IMG/VR virus record: IMGVR_UViG_3300034069_002176
Source of the DNA: a virus
Length of the DNA stretch: 64,000 nucleotides
Strand: one strand, 5' to 3'
The first letter of the stretch is position 1. Every line of letters starts with the position of its first letter. The position numbers and the translations under genes were made by a program. The notes beneath the pieces were generated by a model. It saw nothing but the letters and a program-made list of their open reading frames with translations. It was not told the origin of the DNA and made no database searches. Below are positions 27,707 through 37,032 of the stretch, piece by piece.

Positions 27707-28273
27707 ATGAATAAGCCACTTGTCTTCTCTGACTTCGATGGTGTATTTAACACGTTCGTTTCTCGAAACAAGTACAACAAACACAATGACACCTTTGGTC
27801 ACCACCGACGTGGTGATGTCTTCGACGGAAGGCGTGAGTATTCCGTTAATTGGTCGGCTGAGTTGGTGAGAAAGTTCAACACCGCAAAAGACACGTACTC
27901 CTTCGATGTTCTCTGGCTGAGTACATGGCGCAGCCTTCTCGTCACCAAGGTGGACAAACTCATCGGCACTCACTCGGATGGATTCATCGATTGGGATGCT
28001 GACAGTGGTCTTCCTAATCGGTGGAGTGCGAATGTAGATGCCATCGTGTCGGATATCCGCTCGACTCGTAAGTATGCCGCTCTGCTCGATACCTTGCGGA
28101 GCAATCCGAGACCTTTTGTGTGGGTGGATGATGAGGCTACCGTCAAGTACAACCCAGCAGACTTCGTGGGAGTTCTGGATGTTCCTCATCTTGTGATGGC
28201 TACGGACGAGAACTATGGGTTGCTCCGTTCTGACCTGGATACGCTCACGGCATTCTTCGATGGTTTAGCGTAA
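27707..28273 (+). CDS. HAD-superfamily phosphatase, RNA-repair (Swiss Army knife HAD)-like
   Basis: FSDFDGVFN, LWLSTWR, FVWVDDE. Confidence 0.8.
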   Translation: MNKPLVFSDFDGVFNTFVSRNKYNKHNDTFGHHRRGDVFDGRREYSVNWSAELVRKFNTAKDTYSFDVLWLSTWRSLLVTKVDKLIGTHSDGFIDWDADSGLPNRWSANVDAIVSDIRSTRKYAALLDTLRSNPRPFVWVDDEATVKYNPADFVGVLDVPHLVMATDENYGLLRSDLDTLTAFFDGLA

Positions 28274-28277
28274 TCCG

Positions 28278-28517
28278 ATGCTCAACTCGTCTCGAACTGT
28301 TCGCATTGCACAGAACCATGAATCGCTCGTTGATGATGAATTTCATGAATGGGTTGTCATCAACGAGCGTGTTCATGCCAATGCGGCGGGAATTGCCAAC
28401 GCCAGAATTGCTGTAGCCGAATGGACTAAATTCGTCTGCAACAACACCGCGTGCGCAGGGTGGGGTTTAGCGCATCTCGACAAACTGCTACAAACAACCA
28501 TCGATTCCGACTTCTGA
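28278..28517 (+). CDS. Small hypothetical protein
   Basis: 79-aa ORF starting 4 nt after the upstream stop. Confidence 0.55.
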   Translation: MLNSSRTVRIAQNHESLVDDEFHEWVVINERVHANAAGIANARIAVAEWTKFVCNNTACAGWGLAHLDKLLQTTIDSDF

Positions 28518-28562
28518 CGGTAAAGTAGGCAAATCCCCCACCGTGGGACTACACCGAGGATT

Positions 28563-29237
28563 TTGATGTTGACAAGGCGTTTGGTCGCAGGAACCCTCGG
28601 TGCTGTTGCCGTAGCAATGATTCTGGCTGGATGTTCGGTTGCACTCCCTCAGGCTCCGTCTAACGCCTCGAACGGGTCAGAACACTCGACTACACTCAAC
28701 GCTTCTGCAATCGCGTCAGGAGTTCCCACAGCTTCTGCCAGTGGTGCACCTAAGATCCCTGTCACTCCCGCAGGTACGAAAGTGAAACTAGGTAAGTGGG
28801 CTTCTTACGACTACTTCGGATTAGATGGTCAGCACGCAGTAATTGCCGCCCGAATGACTGAGTTCACCAAGCTAACTGGCGCGCAACGAGATGAAGCTGT
28901 CAAGCGCTCGCCAGAACTTGCTAGCTACAACATCTTCCTCATGCGCGTTGACGAACAGAAAGTTACTGGCAGCGCGGTTGCATTCGAGTCTGACTACACA
29001 GACTTCTACCCTGTCCTCGATACAGGCGTCAAGGCTCAGTCAGTCACCATCTTGAATTGGTCAGAATGTAGCAATCAATCCTTCACAAAGAAATTCGATG
29101 AAGGTAATACCATCTTGAAACAGTGCTACCTCGGTGCCAGCAAGATTGGCGATCCTGAACCAACAGGTCTTATCTACGCACCTTTGCGTGGGACATATGA
29201 CTATGACGAAGGAATCCCTCTACGATTCATGTCGTAA
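28563..29237 (+). CDS. Lipoprotein
   Basis: Signal peptide with lipobox LAGC and a Ser/Ala/Pro linker. Confidence 0.8.
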   Translation: MMLTRRLVAGTLGAVAVAMILAGCSVALPQAPSNASNGSEHSTTLNASAIASGVPTASASGAPKIPVTPAGTKVKLGKWASYDYFGLDGQHAVIAARMTEFTKLTGAQRDEAVKRSPELASYNIFLMRVDEQKVTGSAVAFESDYTDFYPVLDTGVKAQSVTILNWSECSNQSFTKKFDEGNTILKQCYLGASKIGDPEPTGLIYAPLRGTYDYDEGIPLRFMS

Positions 29238-29241
29238 CCAG

Positions 29242-29277
29242 AAATCCCCTGTACCAATAATTCGGTACAGGGGATTT
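29242..29277. terminator. Bidirectional terminator
   Basis: AAATCCCCTGTACC / GGTACAGGGGATTT. Confidence 0.8.
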
Positions 29278-29278
29278 G

Positions 29279-30070
29279 CTAGTCGCGGATGGCTCGAACA
29301 ACCCAGTCGTTCACCCATGCCTTATCGGCATTATCGGGAAGTGCATGCTTGCCGGTGTCAATGAGTTCTACCAGTTCATCTCGAAGGCGGAGATACCATT
29401 CCACGATCTCGTTCTTCTCAAATTCACCGGCACGAATACCGCGAATCTTAGCGGCATCTTCATCGTTCACCGGAATCTGAAGACCATCACCCTTGGCAGC
29501 CGACAAAGCTTGAACGGCTAGTCGAACCATGTGAGCCGAGAACTTGGTATCAAAACCGTGAGCTTCAATGAGTTCGGGACGGTGCACGCGGTTGTTCCTT
29601 AGACCCATCATCTTCTGATACTGCGATTCCATATAGCCGAGTGACTTCGTAAGAAGGTTCTTAGAAAGGAACTTGTTTCGATTGGCACGAATTTCATCAC
29701 CAATAGCGTTGCTCTGCACCACCCACTTGTCTTCCACGAACAACGGAGTCAAGATAAACGGACTACCGGTCAAAGCCATCTTCGCCCAGTGTGAGATCTC
29801 GTAAATATTGAAGTCGAGATCGCCCTTTTGACTGCGGGGGTGAGAGTGGTAGTCGTCTTCGCGTCGACGTTCGAATGCAGATCTGTAACGGTAGATTTCC
29901 ACCAGAGGATCAAGACCCAGCGCCTCTTCGAGAGAGGGCACGTAGAATGCAATTTCGTCGCGGTCAGATGATTCGCCGTAATTGATGTTGTGCACTTCGG
30001 AACCGAAAACGGTGTGCAGCGCAATGGGTAGCGCAGCGATGTCTTCGAATGCGATTTCTTCTGTAGCCAT
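29279..30070 (-). CDS. Pol-beta superfamily nucleotidyltransferase, RlaP/DUF-type
   Basis: FGSEVHN..SSDRDE, DFNIYEI, LTGSP, GFDTKFSAHMVRL. Confidence 0.8.
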   Translation of the reverse strand: MATEEIAFEDIAALPIALHTVFGSEVHNINYGESSDRDEIAFYVPSLEEALGLDPLVEIYRYRSAFERRREDDYHSHPRSQKGDLDFNIYEISHWAKMALTGSPFILTPLFVEDKWVVQSNAIGDEIRANRNKFLSKNLLTKSLGYMESQYQKMMGLRNNRVHRPELIEAHGFDTKFSAHMVRLAVQALSAAKGDGLQIPVNDEDAAKIRGIRAGEFEKNEIVEWYLRLRDELVELIDTGKHALPDNADKAWVNDWVVRAIRD

Positions 30071-30132
30071 GACCGTTTCCTTTCCGGTTGATTAGATATC
30101 TATACTCTACCGGATAACAAACTTTGTGTCAA

Positions 30133-31035
30133 TCAGGCGGCGATCTCTTTGAATACTTCGAGGCGGTCCTTGACTTCTTGAATCTTGATGACGAGAAGTG
30201 CGCGGCTCTGCTCGGGGATCTGCTCGACGGTCTTCAAGCGCTCTAGGAATACATCTGCGAGCGGGAGGTACTTACCAGCCATGCTCTTGACCATACCAGG
30301 CTTCTCATCGACGTGGTGGTGCAACGAACCGGCGTTGTCCAGCCAGTCGAAACACTTGACGATAAAGGTGTCTTCGTCCTCGATGGCGTCAATGACGTGC
30401 GCGCGATATTCTTCGTGCTTCTGAGCCTTAGTGAGTCCATCTGGGAGTGGAGGGTTGCTGACCCCACGTACTGTGTTGGCAACACGCGGACCGAACATAG
30501 GCTCGATAACTTCTTCGATAGCAAAGTCCTGTAAGTCCTGCTCTGACCAATCGGAGGTATCAAGATCAGGGTATTCGATGGCGATCATCTCTCTGGCACA
30601 ATCTTCTACCGTGTCATGCATGATGTTGGCAATGGCGATATCTTCCGAATCGCAATTGAAACGAATCGCCCGAAGTGAATTTCGCAACGGGTGCGAGATG
30701 TATTCATCTCGTGGCTGACTCCCGCGAGAACCACGAGTCTGCTTGCGGTGAAGGAATGATGCCATCGCAATGGCGTCACCTACCCTTTCGGAAGGAAATT
30801 GGTGCTGAATGGCTGCCGCGAGAAGTGCCGGACCCATTTCTTTCAAAGGAGTATTGCGGATGGTTCTATCAAGCGGAGAACTGTACTTCGGATCGAGAGT
30901 TGACTTGTTCGGCTTGGGGATGGCTGCAAGCCGAGACACGCTTCCGGCACCCTTATCGACACGCACATGGCGAGTTGTTGCGTGACCATTACTATCGATG
31001 ATCTTTTTGGGCTGGGTATTCGGATTGATTGCCAT
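30133..31035 (-). CDS. DKNGK-type leader + RelA/SpoT-type HD hydrolase (small alarmone hydrolase/Mesh1-like)
   Basis: Start ATG 31035 MAINPNTQPKKIIDSNGHATTRHVR; HRKQTR..YISHP, MHDTVED, FGPRVANTV, VKCFDWLDN. Confidence 0.8.
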   Translation of the reverse strand: MAINPNTQPKKIIDSNGHATTRHVRVDKGAGSVSRLAAIPKPNKSTLDPKYSSPLDRTIRNTPLKEMGPALLAAAIQHQFPSERVGDAIAMASFLHRKQTRGSRGSQPRDEYISHPLRNSLRAIRFNCDSEDIAIANIMHDTVEDCAREMIAIEYPDLDTSDWSEQDLQDFAIEEVIEPMFGPRVANTVRGVSNPPLPDGLTKAQKHEEYRAHVIDAIEDEDTFIVKCFDWLDNAGSLHHHVDEKPGMVKSMAGKYLPLADVFLERLKTVEQIPEQSRALLVIKIQEVKDRLEVFKEIAA

Positions 31036-31041
31036 ACCTTG

Positions 31042-31062
31042 ATAGTACCTGTTACGGGCGAC
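31042..31062 (-). promoter_or_regulatory. Class II promoter GTC-N12-TACTAT, leaderless
   Basis: Minus strand GTCgcccgtaacaggTACTATcaaggtATG. Confidence 0.7.
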
Positions 31063-31118
31063 AATACGAATGCTTCTCAACTCTGTCAATTCCAAGACAA
31101 CTCGTGTAGGATACGTTC

Positions 31119-32042
31119 ATGTCCGCACCATTCAACCACCCGCTCCTACAGAGCCGTTACCTCGGTGTTGTGGGCGATTGGCATGGTAATCGTGCATGGG
31201 CACGAATCGCTATCAAGACATTGGCTAAATCCAGTATCAAGACTGTTGTCCAGTTGGGCGATTTCGGTTTGATGGGTGATATCCCTCGCTGGAACATCTT
31301 CATCAACAAGCACCTTCTCGAAAACGACATGCATCTGTTCGTCATTCCTGGTAACCACGAGAACTACAACTACGTCAATGACGATACAAAATTCGACATC
31401 GATGAGTTCGGCGTACGTTGGATCAAAACCGGTTCGCCGGATCGTGAGTCTCGTATCGGATTACTCCCTCGTGGCTTTAAATGGGTCCAGCATGACAAGA
31501 CCTTTATGGCGCTTGGTGGTGCTTCATCTATCGATTTCACCCATCGCATCAAAGACAAGACGTGGTGGGAAGGTGAAAACATCACCGAATCAGAAGCCGA
31601 TTTAATCATTTCGGAGCTTAATGGCGAGCATGTCGATGTGATGTTCACACACGATGCACCACGAGACGTAATGACGCTTGCTGCATGGTCAGCCAAGTCA
31701 GCCGAATGGTGGGAACTCAGCGAGATTGCATATGCCGAAACTTCACGGGCTCGTCTTGACCGCGTATTCCGTTGTGCTCAACCGAAGCTGCTGATGCACG
31801 GACACTGGCACCTTTTCGTTGACGAGGATGGCACATTCGATAGCAACTGGGAATCTGATGGCACATGGTCGGATGAGGTAGTCGATGTCTTCGACAGTCG
31901 CATCATCGGTCTGAACATGGATAACACTATCGACAACGTTTCGGTTCTCGACGTAGACAAGTTGGAAGTAACTATCTTGCAGCGTGAAATCTCTATCGAC
32001 ACCGGCAAGCCAGTAGGCGAAAGGCGTATCTTCGAGGGATAA
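31119..32042 (+). CDS. Calcineurin-like metallophosphoesterase
   Basis: GDWHG, GDFG, GNHEN, THDAP, HGHWH; -10 TAGGAT 6 nt before the ATG. Confidence 0.9.
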   Translation: MSAPFNHPLLQSRYLGVVGDWHGNRAWARIAIKTLAKSSIKTVVQLGDFGLMGDIPRWNIFINKHLLENDMHLFVIPGNHENYNYVNDDTKFDIDEFGVRWIKTGSPDRESRIGLLPRGFKWVQHDKTFMALGGASSIDFTHRIKDKTWWEGENITESEADLIISELNGEHVDVMFTHDAPRDVMTLAAWSAKSAEWWELSEIAYAETSRARLDRVFRCAQPKLLMHGHWHLFVDEDGTFDSNWESDGTWSDEVVDVFDSRIIGLNMDNTIDNVSVLDVDKLEVTILQREISIDTGKPVGERRIFEG

Positions 32043-32045
32043 TCC

Positions 32046-32477
32046 ATGCCAAACTACGTGACCTTCGATATTGCGCCGCATCAGCGTGCCATTCGTCACG
32101 GCGTGCTACTTCTCAACGAGATGAATAACATTCTCGGTTTCCGTATGGTTCTAGGCATCCATCCAACGTACAAGTTCGTCAAGAAGCAACTCGGTGCTGT
32201 TCATGAACTATCTCGCAACTACCTCAAAGAGCTTGATGGCGTAACCGGTGACGATACTTTCACAATGGAGGCACATGCTCCTGATGATGGTGTGTTCGTG
32301 GACTACATGACCATCATGGAAATTACCGAAGAGGTCAAGCACATGCGCAAGGTCTACACCCGGATAGAGATGCTCTCATCTCGGGGTATGCGTACTACTA
32401 TGCGGTATTCCGCAATGGCTACCCGAAAGTACATTCGGGTAGCCATCAGTCAGTTAGAAAGAGGGCGCAACAAGTAA
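32046..32477 (+). CDS. Hypothetical protein
   Basis: 143-aa ORF coupled to the upstream gene. Confidence 0.65.
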   Translation: MPNYVTFDIAPHQRAIRHGVLLLNEMNNILGFRMVLGIHPTYKFVKKQLGAVHELSRNYLKELDGVTGDDTFTMEAHAPDDGVFVDYMTIMEITEEVKHMRKVYTRIEMLSSRGMRTTMRYSAMATRKYIRVAISQLERGRNK

Positions 32478-32903
32478 GGTCTTCTCGTTCCACGTGTGAC
32501 TAACCATCTCGACTAAATGGTTGGTGACTTCAATCGGGATACCGTTGAAGTCATACGCTTCTTCATCTCCTACAAAGGTTTCACCGATGAGGTCAGCGAT
32601 GATAATTGATGTTGCTACGCATTGAAGTTCACTAGCGAGTTCTTTCTCCCACTCATCGAAATGGGGTGAGATGGCGTCGCGAATGAGGCGCTTGTAGCGC
32701 GCTAGTTCTTGCATGCGACCTGCCTGCTTGATAACGATCATGGCGATGCTCTGGCACACTTCCTGATCGCGGAGCTTCGGCTCGAATGCGACTTGTTTGA
32801 CTTCATCAGGCGACATGTGTCTGATGTACGGCACGATGGTCTCGACGATGTAGTTTTGTCGTTCTTGCTCGGTCGTTAGATTTGTAGTGATTGCTGTGTT
32901 CAC
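32454..32903 (-). CDS. Hypothetical protein
   Basis: 149-aa ORF, GTG start. Confidence 0.65.
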   Translation of the reverse strand: MNTAITTNLTTEQERQNYIVETIVPYIRHMSPDEVKQVAFEPKLRDQEVCQSIAMIVIKQAGRMQELARYKRLIRDAISPHFDEWEKELASELQCVATSIIIADLIGETFVGDEEAYDFNGIPIEVTNHLVEMVSHTWNEKTLLVAPSF

Positions 32904-32965
32904 GTGAATTACCTACCCATTGGTCTTTCAGTGAGTCATTCTAAACCCAGCAAGCAGAAAAATCG

Positions 32966-33337
32966 TTAGAAAGCGACTACGAATCCAAAGAGAATGAAAA
33001 CGATGGAGAGCACAAAAGGATTCAGCACGAATGTAGCGATAAATGCCACCAACGACCACCAGCGTCCCGCGCGGCGGAATAAACCGATGAAGCCAATCAC
33101 TGCGGGAATGAGGGATCCGATAATTCCACCCGTGACCAGTGCGACAGATGTTCCGTTCAGCAATGTGCTCGACGCGTTTCCAGCAACAACAATTTCTAAA
33201 ATCACTACCAAGAGGTAGACGAGGATAGCCAATCGACCTGTTTCTTGGAAGTTCCAGCCATTTCGACCTTCGGGAAGCTCGTAGTCGTCATGGTTCACCT
33301 TGGGGAGCTTGCTGTAGTCGTAGCCTGGCTCACTCAT
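32966..33337 (-). CDS. Three-TM membrane protein
   Basis: TMs, GRWWSLVAFIATFVLNP; resembles 39098 (GRFWSIPGAAITWFLNP). Confidence 0.75.
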   Translation of the reverse strand: MSEPGYDYSKLPKVNHDDYELPEGRNGWNFQETGRLAILVYLLVVILEIVVAGNASSTLLNGTSVALVTGGIIGSLIPAVIGFIGLFRRAGRWWSLVAFIATFVLNPFVLSIVFILFGFVVAF

Positions 33338-33378
33338 GGACTTGTCCTTTCATCGGGTAGCTGATACCGTGATATTAC

Positions 33379-34236
33379 TTGATGTATGAACGAAATGGAG
33401 TGAAAATCGTGACTAAGTACGACATGCTGACCGAACGCATAGTCTACAGTCGCGCTCCCGGTACGGCAGAAAACGAAGAGGCTCGCGTTCAAGGCGATTA
33501 TGACCGCCAGTTTTACTGTGCCGACCTCGACCAGCGTTGGGATTACAGCGTTACTTTGATGCACTACATTGCGCACATCATGCGTCATCAAATCGGCGGC
33601 GGAACGCTTAGCGATGAGCAGAAAAGTGGCTCCGAATATCTCATCGAAATGGCTGTTCATGCTGTTGATGATGACATTCTCCATGTTCGACCCGAGACAC
33701 AAAATGGTCGCGCTGCTTATGGCAGGTCCGTAAATCTCATCAATCGAATCATCGAGGCTAATTGGGCTGATTCATTCCGTACTGCGCTCGTGAAAAGGGA
33801 TGCAGATGTCAACCTGGGGGATGGCTACCAGGAGACACTAGCTGCACTCATTTCGCTTCACGATAAGCCTGCTGAGTTCTTCACGTGGGAGAAAACCCGC
33901 GACATTGTTGCTGACCCCACTATCGTCAGCCCTGATAACCTTCTTGACCACGATGAGCAACGTATTCGTTACGGCATCAGTACCTATGACATGCAGAGTC
34001 CCCGCGCTTTCATCTCATGGCTGACCCTCAATGCGGCACTGGACTACTGCCGACCAGATCTGTACACCATGCCTGCTGGATACGACATCGAAACAGGTGC
34101 AACCGACTATCGGCGTGACCTCATCGACTTTGCTATTTCTTTGTACGTCTTCGGCTTCTCGGCAAACCCCCATGACGAAGTAGGACTAGCTGCGGCAACT
34201 AACTACATGAAGTTCGTCTCCGCCCTTTCTGAGTAA
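33379..34236 (+). CDS. Hypothetical protein
   Basis: 285-aa ORF, no motif recognised. Confidence 0.75.
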   Translation: MMYERNGVKIVTKYDMLTERIVYSRAPGTAENEEARVQGDYDRQFYCADLDQRWDYSVTLMHYIAHIMRHQIGGGTLSDEQKSGSEYLIEMAVHAVDDDILHVRPETQNGRAAYGRSVNLINRIIEANWADSFRTALVKRDADVNLGDGYQETLAALISLHDKPAEFFTWEKTRDIVADPTIVSPDNLLDHDEQRIRYGISTYDMQSPRAFISWLTLNAALDYCRPDLYTMPAGYDIETGATDYRRDLIDFAISLYVFGFSANPHDEVGLAAATNYMKFVSALSE

Positions 34237-34266
34237 TTATCTGATTTGTCACGACTCGAATCAGGT

Positions 34267-34287
34267 GTCGCTCTCTGCCGGTACACT
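34267..34287 (+). promoter_or_regulatory. Class II promoter GTC-N12-TACACT
   Basis: Upstream of 34318. Confidence 0.7.
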
Positions 34288-34317
34288 AGGAGTAATCCTC
34301 CCGAAAGGCGTTACCCC

Positions 34318-35115
34318 ATGACGACCCTCACTGCTACCCCCATCGTTGATGTCAATGGACGACAGACCACCGTTCACAAGAACACTGCCAAGAATTCCCT
34401 CAGCGGTCGTGCTACTGCTGTAGTCACCCCTATCGCCTCTGCTACATCTTTCACTGCTGCGCGACCCGGTAATGTCCTAGAACTCGAAACCAATGAAGGT
34501 GCACCATTCCCTCAAGCAAATAGCCTCAGCAAGGTCGCTGCGGTCGCTGACATGATTGGCAAGGGTGCTACCACACCGGAGGCAATTGCTCTCGGTGTCG
34601 AGTCCAACAGCAAGTCCGACCGTGCAGGTTCCTACTACGGCGACGCAACCGTCTATCTCGGTCTTGCCGAGAAAGTTTCCGAGGAAGGTGTTCCCGAGTA
34701 TGAACTCACCGGCAAGGGTCAGGAGTTCGTAGCGCTCGACCCTGATGACCGCCAGGATGTTCTCTCTAACGCTATCGCTAACATGGATCTCGTGCAGATC
34801 TACCGCTCCGAAGGTGAAGACGAACTCCGTAAGTACATCGATACCATGTACGACTACTCCGAGTCCACGCTCGACCGTCGTGTTGCGTGCATCACCTCAT
34901 GGAGCGATCAAGCGGAAGCTGACAACCTCGGTGATGACATCGCATCCTCTCAGTCATCCATGTCCAACTTCACCTCCGAGGCTCTCGAAATTGTCGCCCG
35001 TCAGAAGCGTGAAGCTCGTGAATCTGCCGCCGCAGCCGCTCGTAAGGAAGCGGTTGGTGTAGTGTGCACCGGTTGCTTCACGGTCAAGTCCGCCAATGGT
35101 TCATGCCTCTGCTAA
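34318..35115 (+). CDS. DKNGK-type leader + winged-helix domain (DUF7226-like) + C-terminal Cys cluster
   Basis: MTTLTATPIVDVNGRQTTVHKN; FPQANSLSKV, SYYGDATVYLGL, YELTGKG, STLDRRVACITSW; CTGCF..GSCLC. Confidence 0.7.
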   Translation: MTTLTATPIVDVNGRQTTVHKNTAKNSLSGRATAVVTPIASATSFTAARPGNVLELETNEGAPFPQANSLSKVAAVADMIGKGATTPEAIALGVESNSKSDRAGSYYGDATVYLGLAEKVSEEGVPEYELTGKGQEFVALDPDDRQDVLSNAIANMDLVQIYRSEGEDELRKYIDTMYDYSESTLDRRVACITSWSDQAEADNLGDDIASSQSSMSNFTSEALEIVARQKREARESAAAAARKEAVGVVCTGCFTVKSANGSCLC

Positions 35116-35196
35116 AAGGTTCTTGACAAGATTCAATTCGTCCGTTAGTCTTCTCGACAGGTAAACGGATATGGGTTGTTCGTTGCTTTCTGTTAG

Positions 35197-35239
35197 ACAA
35201 GTAAGGCGTTGATCGTAATTCGGTCAACGCCTTACTTGT
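35197..35239 (+). terminator. Long hairpin (19-bp stem including one G-T pair)
   Basis: ACAAGTAAGGCGTTGATCG-TAATT-CGGTCAACGCCTTACTTGT, about 40 nt downstream of promoter TTGACA-N17-TAGTCT (35123-35151). Confidence 0.7.
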
Positions 35240-35255
35240 TTGGTACGATACGCAC

Positions 35256-36104
35256 ATGACTTCTGAGCACCGCAAAATCCGAGTAGCTACTCTCAATACA
35301 CTTCACAACCCCAAGCTACTCAGTGGACGCGGCAAGCTTATCGTCGATGAATTACACGAAATTCAGCCTGACATCATCTGTTTCCAAGAAGTGATGAAAG
35401 AGACGCCTTTCAACCTTCCTGCATTCGTGCAGAAGGAATTGGGATTCAAGGGTTTTGTACAAGGTGATAGCGTTCCTACTAAATACCAGGGTGTTACTTC
35501 GGGTAACGTCATCATCTCCCGCAACTTCGTTGACACGGTACGTTCACTCGGCACTGTCACTTCTAACCCCAAAGAAGTTCCTTCCGTTGCTATTTCAACC
35601 ACTATCGATGGTCAGCGCGTTGAAGTCATCAACAGTCACTTTGCTTGGGGTGGAGATTCCGAGTCACAGCGCCAACAACAGGCTCTCATGGTGGACCGTT
35701 ATGCGCGTCGAGCGCGAGAAGCCAAGCCGGGATGCATGGTTGTTCTTGCGGGAGATCTCAATGCCACCCCTGATGCGGATGTCATTCGGTTCCTTGATGG
35801 CAGCACTACGTTGGGTCTCACTTCTACCCTCTGGGCGGACGCATTCGACAATGCCGGTAACCCCGATGAATCCTGTACCGTTCGTAACGACAATGAGTTC
35901 GCCAAATCAACAGCTATGAGTGTGGGCATCCAATTCCCCGAAATGATGCCGGAACGTCGTATTGACTACATCAAGTCGTATGGTTTCAGTTACGGTCGGA
36001 CCGGCTCACCTCTTCTCTGTAAGCGCTGGGCTGACAGTACCGACGAAACCGGTCTCACCATCTCCGACCACTACGGTCTTTACGCGGACTTCCTTCTCGC
36101 CTAG
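35256..36104 (+). CDS. Endonuclease/exonuclease/phosphatase (EEP) family protein
   Basis: ATLN, CFQEV, NSHF, AGDLNA, RIDYI, SDHY. Confidence 0.9.
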   Translation: MTSEHRKIRVATLNTLHNPKLLSGRGKLIVDELHEIQPDIICFQEVMKETPFNLPAFVQKELGFKGFVQGDSVPTKYQGVTSGNVIISRNFVDTVRSLGTVTSNPKEVPSVAISTTIDGQRVEVINSHFAWGGDSESQRQQQALMVDRYARRAREAKPGCMVVLAGDLNATPDADVIRFLDGSTTLGLTSTLWADAFDNAGNPDESCTVRNDNEFAKSTAMSVGIQFPEMMPERRIDYIKSYGFSYGRTGSPLLCKRWADSTDETGLTISDHYGLYADFLLA

Positions 36105-36124
36105 TCGGTACCCGAAGCTACACT
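36104..36124 (+). promoter_or_regulatory. Class II promoter GTC-N12-TACACT, leaderless
   Basis: GTCggtacccgaagcTACACTggatatATG. Confidence 0.7.
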
Positions 36125-36130
36125 GGATAT

Positions 36131-36541
36131 ATGAGCGCAGCCAATCTTTGTCAGGGTCGAACCAACAGAGGTATGCCCTGTCGTCATTACGCATCTAGCA
36201 ACAGTGGTTATTGCTCTCGCCATCAGTACCAGTCAAGTCATTACCAAGCCGGTAACGTCCGCTCGGCGTCCTCTGCCCCGCCTTTAAGCGCACAAGCGTC
36301 TTTCGACCTGTTCGATGATATTGAAGCCACAGAAGAGCCTCCTGTGGCTTCGGCTATTGCGCTTCCTGCGGAGAACTATCCGAGGTACGCCATATTCCGG
36401 GGACGTAAAATCCGCATCCTTCATTACGAAGGCGACAACCGGTTCCGAATCCTCGATACCGATGACACATCAAGGACATTGCACCGTAACGACATGACTT
36501 TCATTGCGGAGAAAAAGAAGAAACAGCCTAAGCTCGTTTAA
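36131..36541 (+). CDS. Protein with N-terminal C3H zinc finger (DUF5763-like)
   Basis: LCQGRTNRGMPCRHYASSNSGYCSRH; short beta-rich C-terminal domain. Confidence 0.75.
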   Translation: MSAANLCQGRTNRGMPCRHYASSNSGYCSRHQYQSSHYQAGNVRSASSAPPLSAQASFDLFDDIEATEEPPVASAIALPAENYPRYAIFRGRKIRILHYEGDNRFRILDTDDTSRTLHRNDMTFIAEKKKKQPKLV

Positions 36542-36675
36542 CGACAAACACCCCGACCTTGATAACCGCTATCCGGCTTAGCTCGCATCTTGATGATGTA
36601 GGCAGGTTTTTGGAGTGCCATGCTGCGTATTGCTGCAACAATTAGATATCTAACTGTTTTACGCTCCAATCAGAG

Positions 36676-37032
36676 CTACTTGCTCAGAATGCCCTTTAGC
36701 CGGTCGATGAGTTTAGCTGTCTTCACTGGTTCGCTCTTTCGAAGAAGGGACTCTTTTGGCTCATGCCTAGCTCTTTTCATCACATTGGCGATGGCATCAA
36801 GCTCACGACGATCCCAACCCTTATCGATGGCTCTCTCACCTACGGCGATGATGCGCTCCGTGAATGTCTTCTTGAATCGCAGCCAGGAATCAGCTTGGTC
36901 GGCACTTACGAGGTCAAGTTCGTCAGTGTTCTCATCGACGATTGCCTCCCAACCCGTCACGATGCTCTCGTATAGGTTCTGGTTGGGGCGATCTGTCTCG
37001 ATGGACTCGACGATTTTCAATGCGTCACTCAT
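36676..37032 (-). CDS. Hypothetical protein
   Basis: 118 aa, coupled to 37025. Confidence 0.7.
   Translation of the reverse strand: MSDALKIVESIETDRPNQNLYESIVTGWEAIVDENTDELDLVSADQADSWLRFKKTFTERIIAVGERAIDKGWDRRELDAIANVMKRARHEPKESLLRKSEPVKTAKLIDRLKGILSK

Noticed and set aside
36538-36621. 27-codon minus-strand ORF MALQKPAYIIKMRAKPDSGYQGRGVCR
   Set aside because: No SD or promoter and too short to support.
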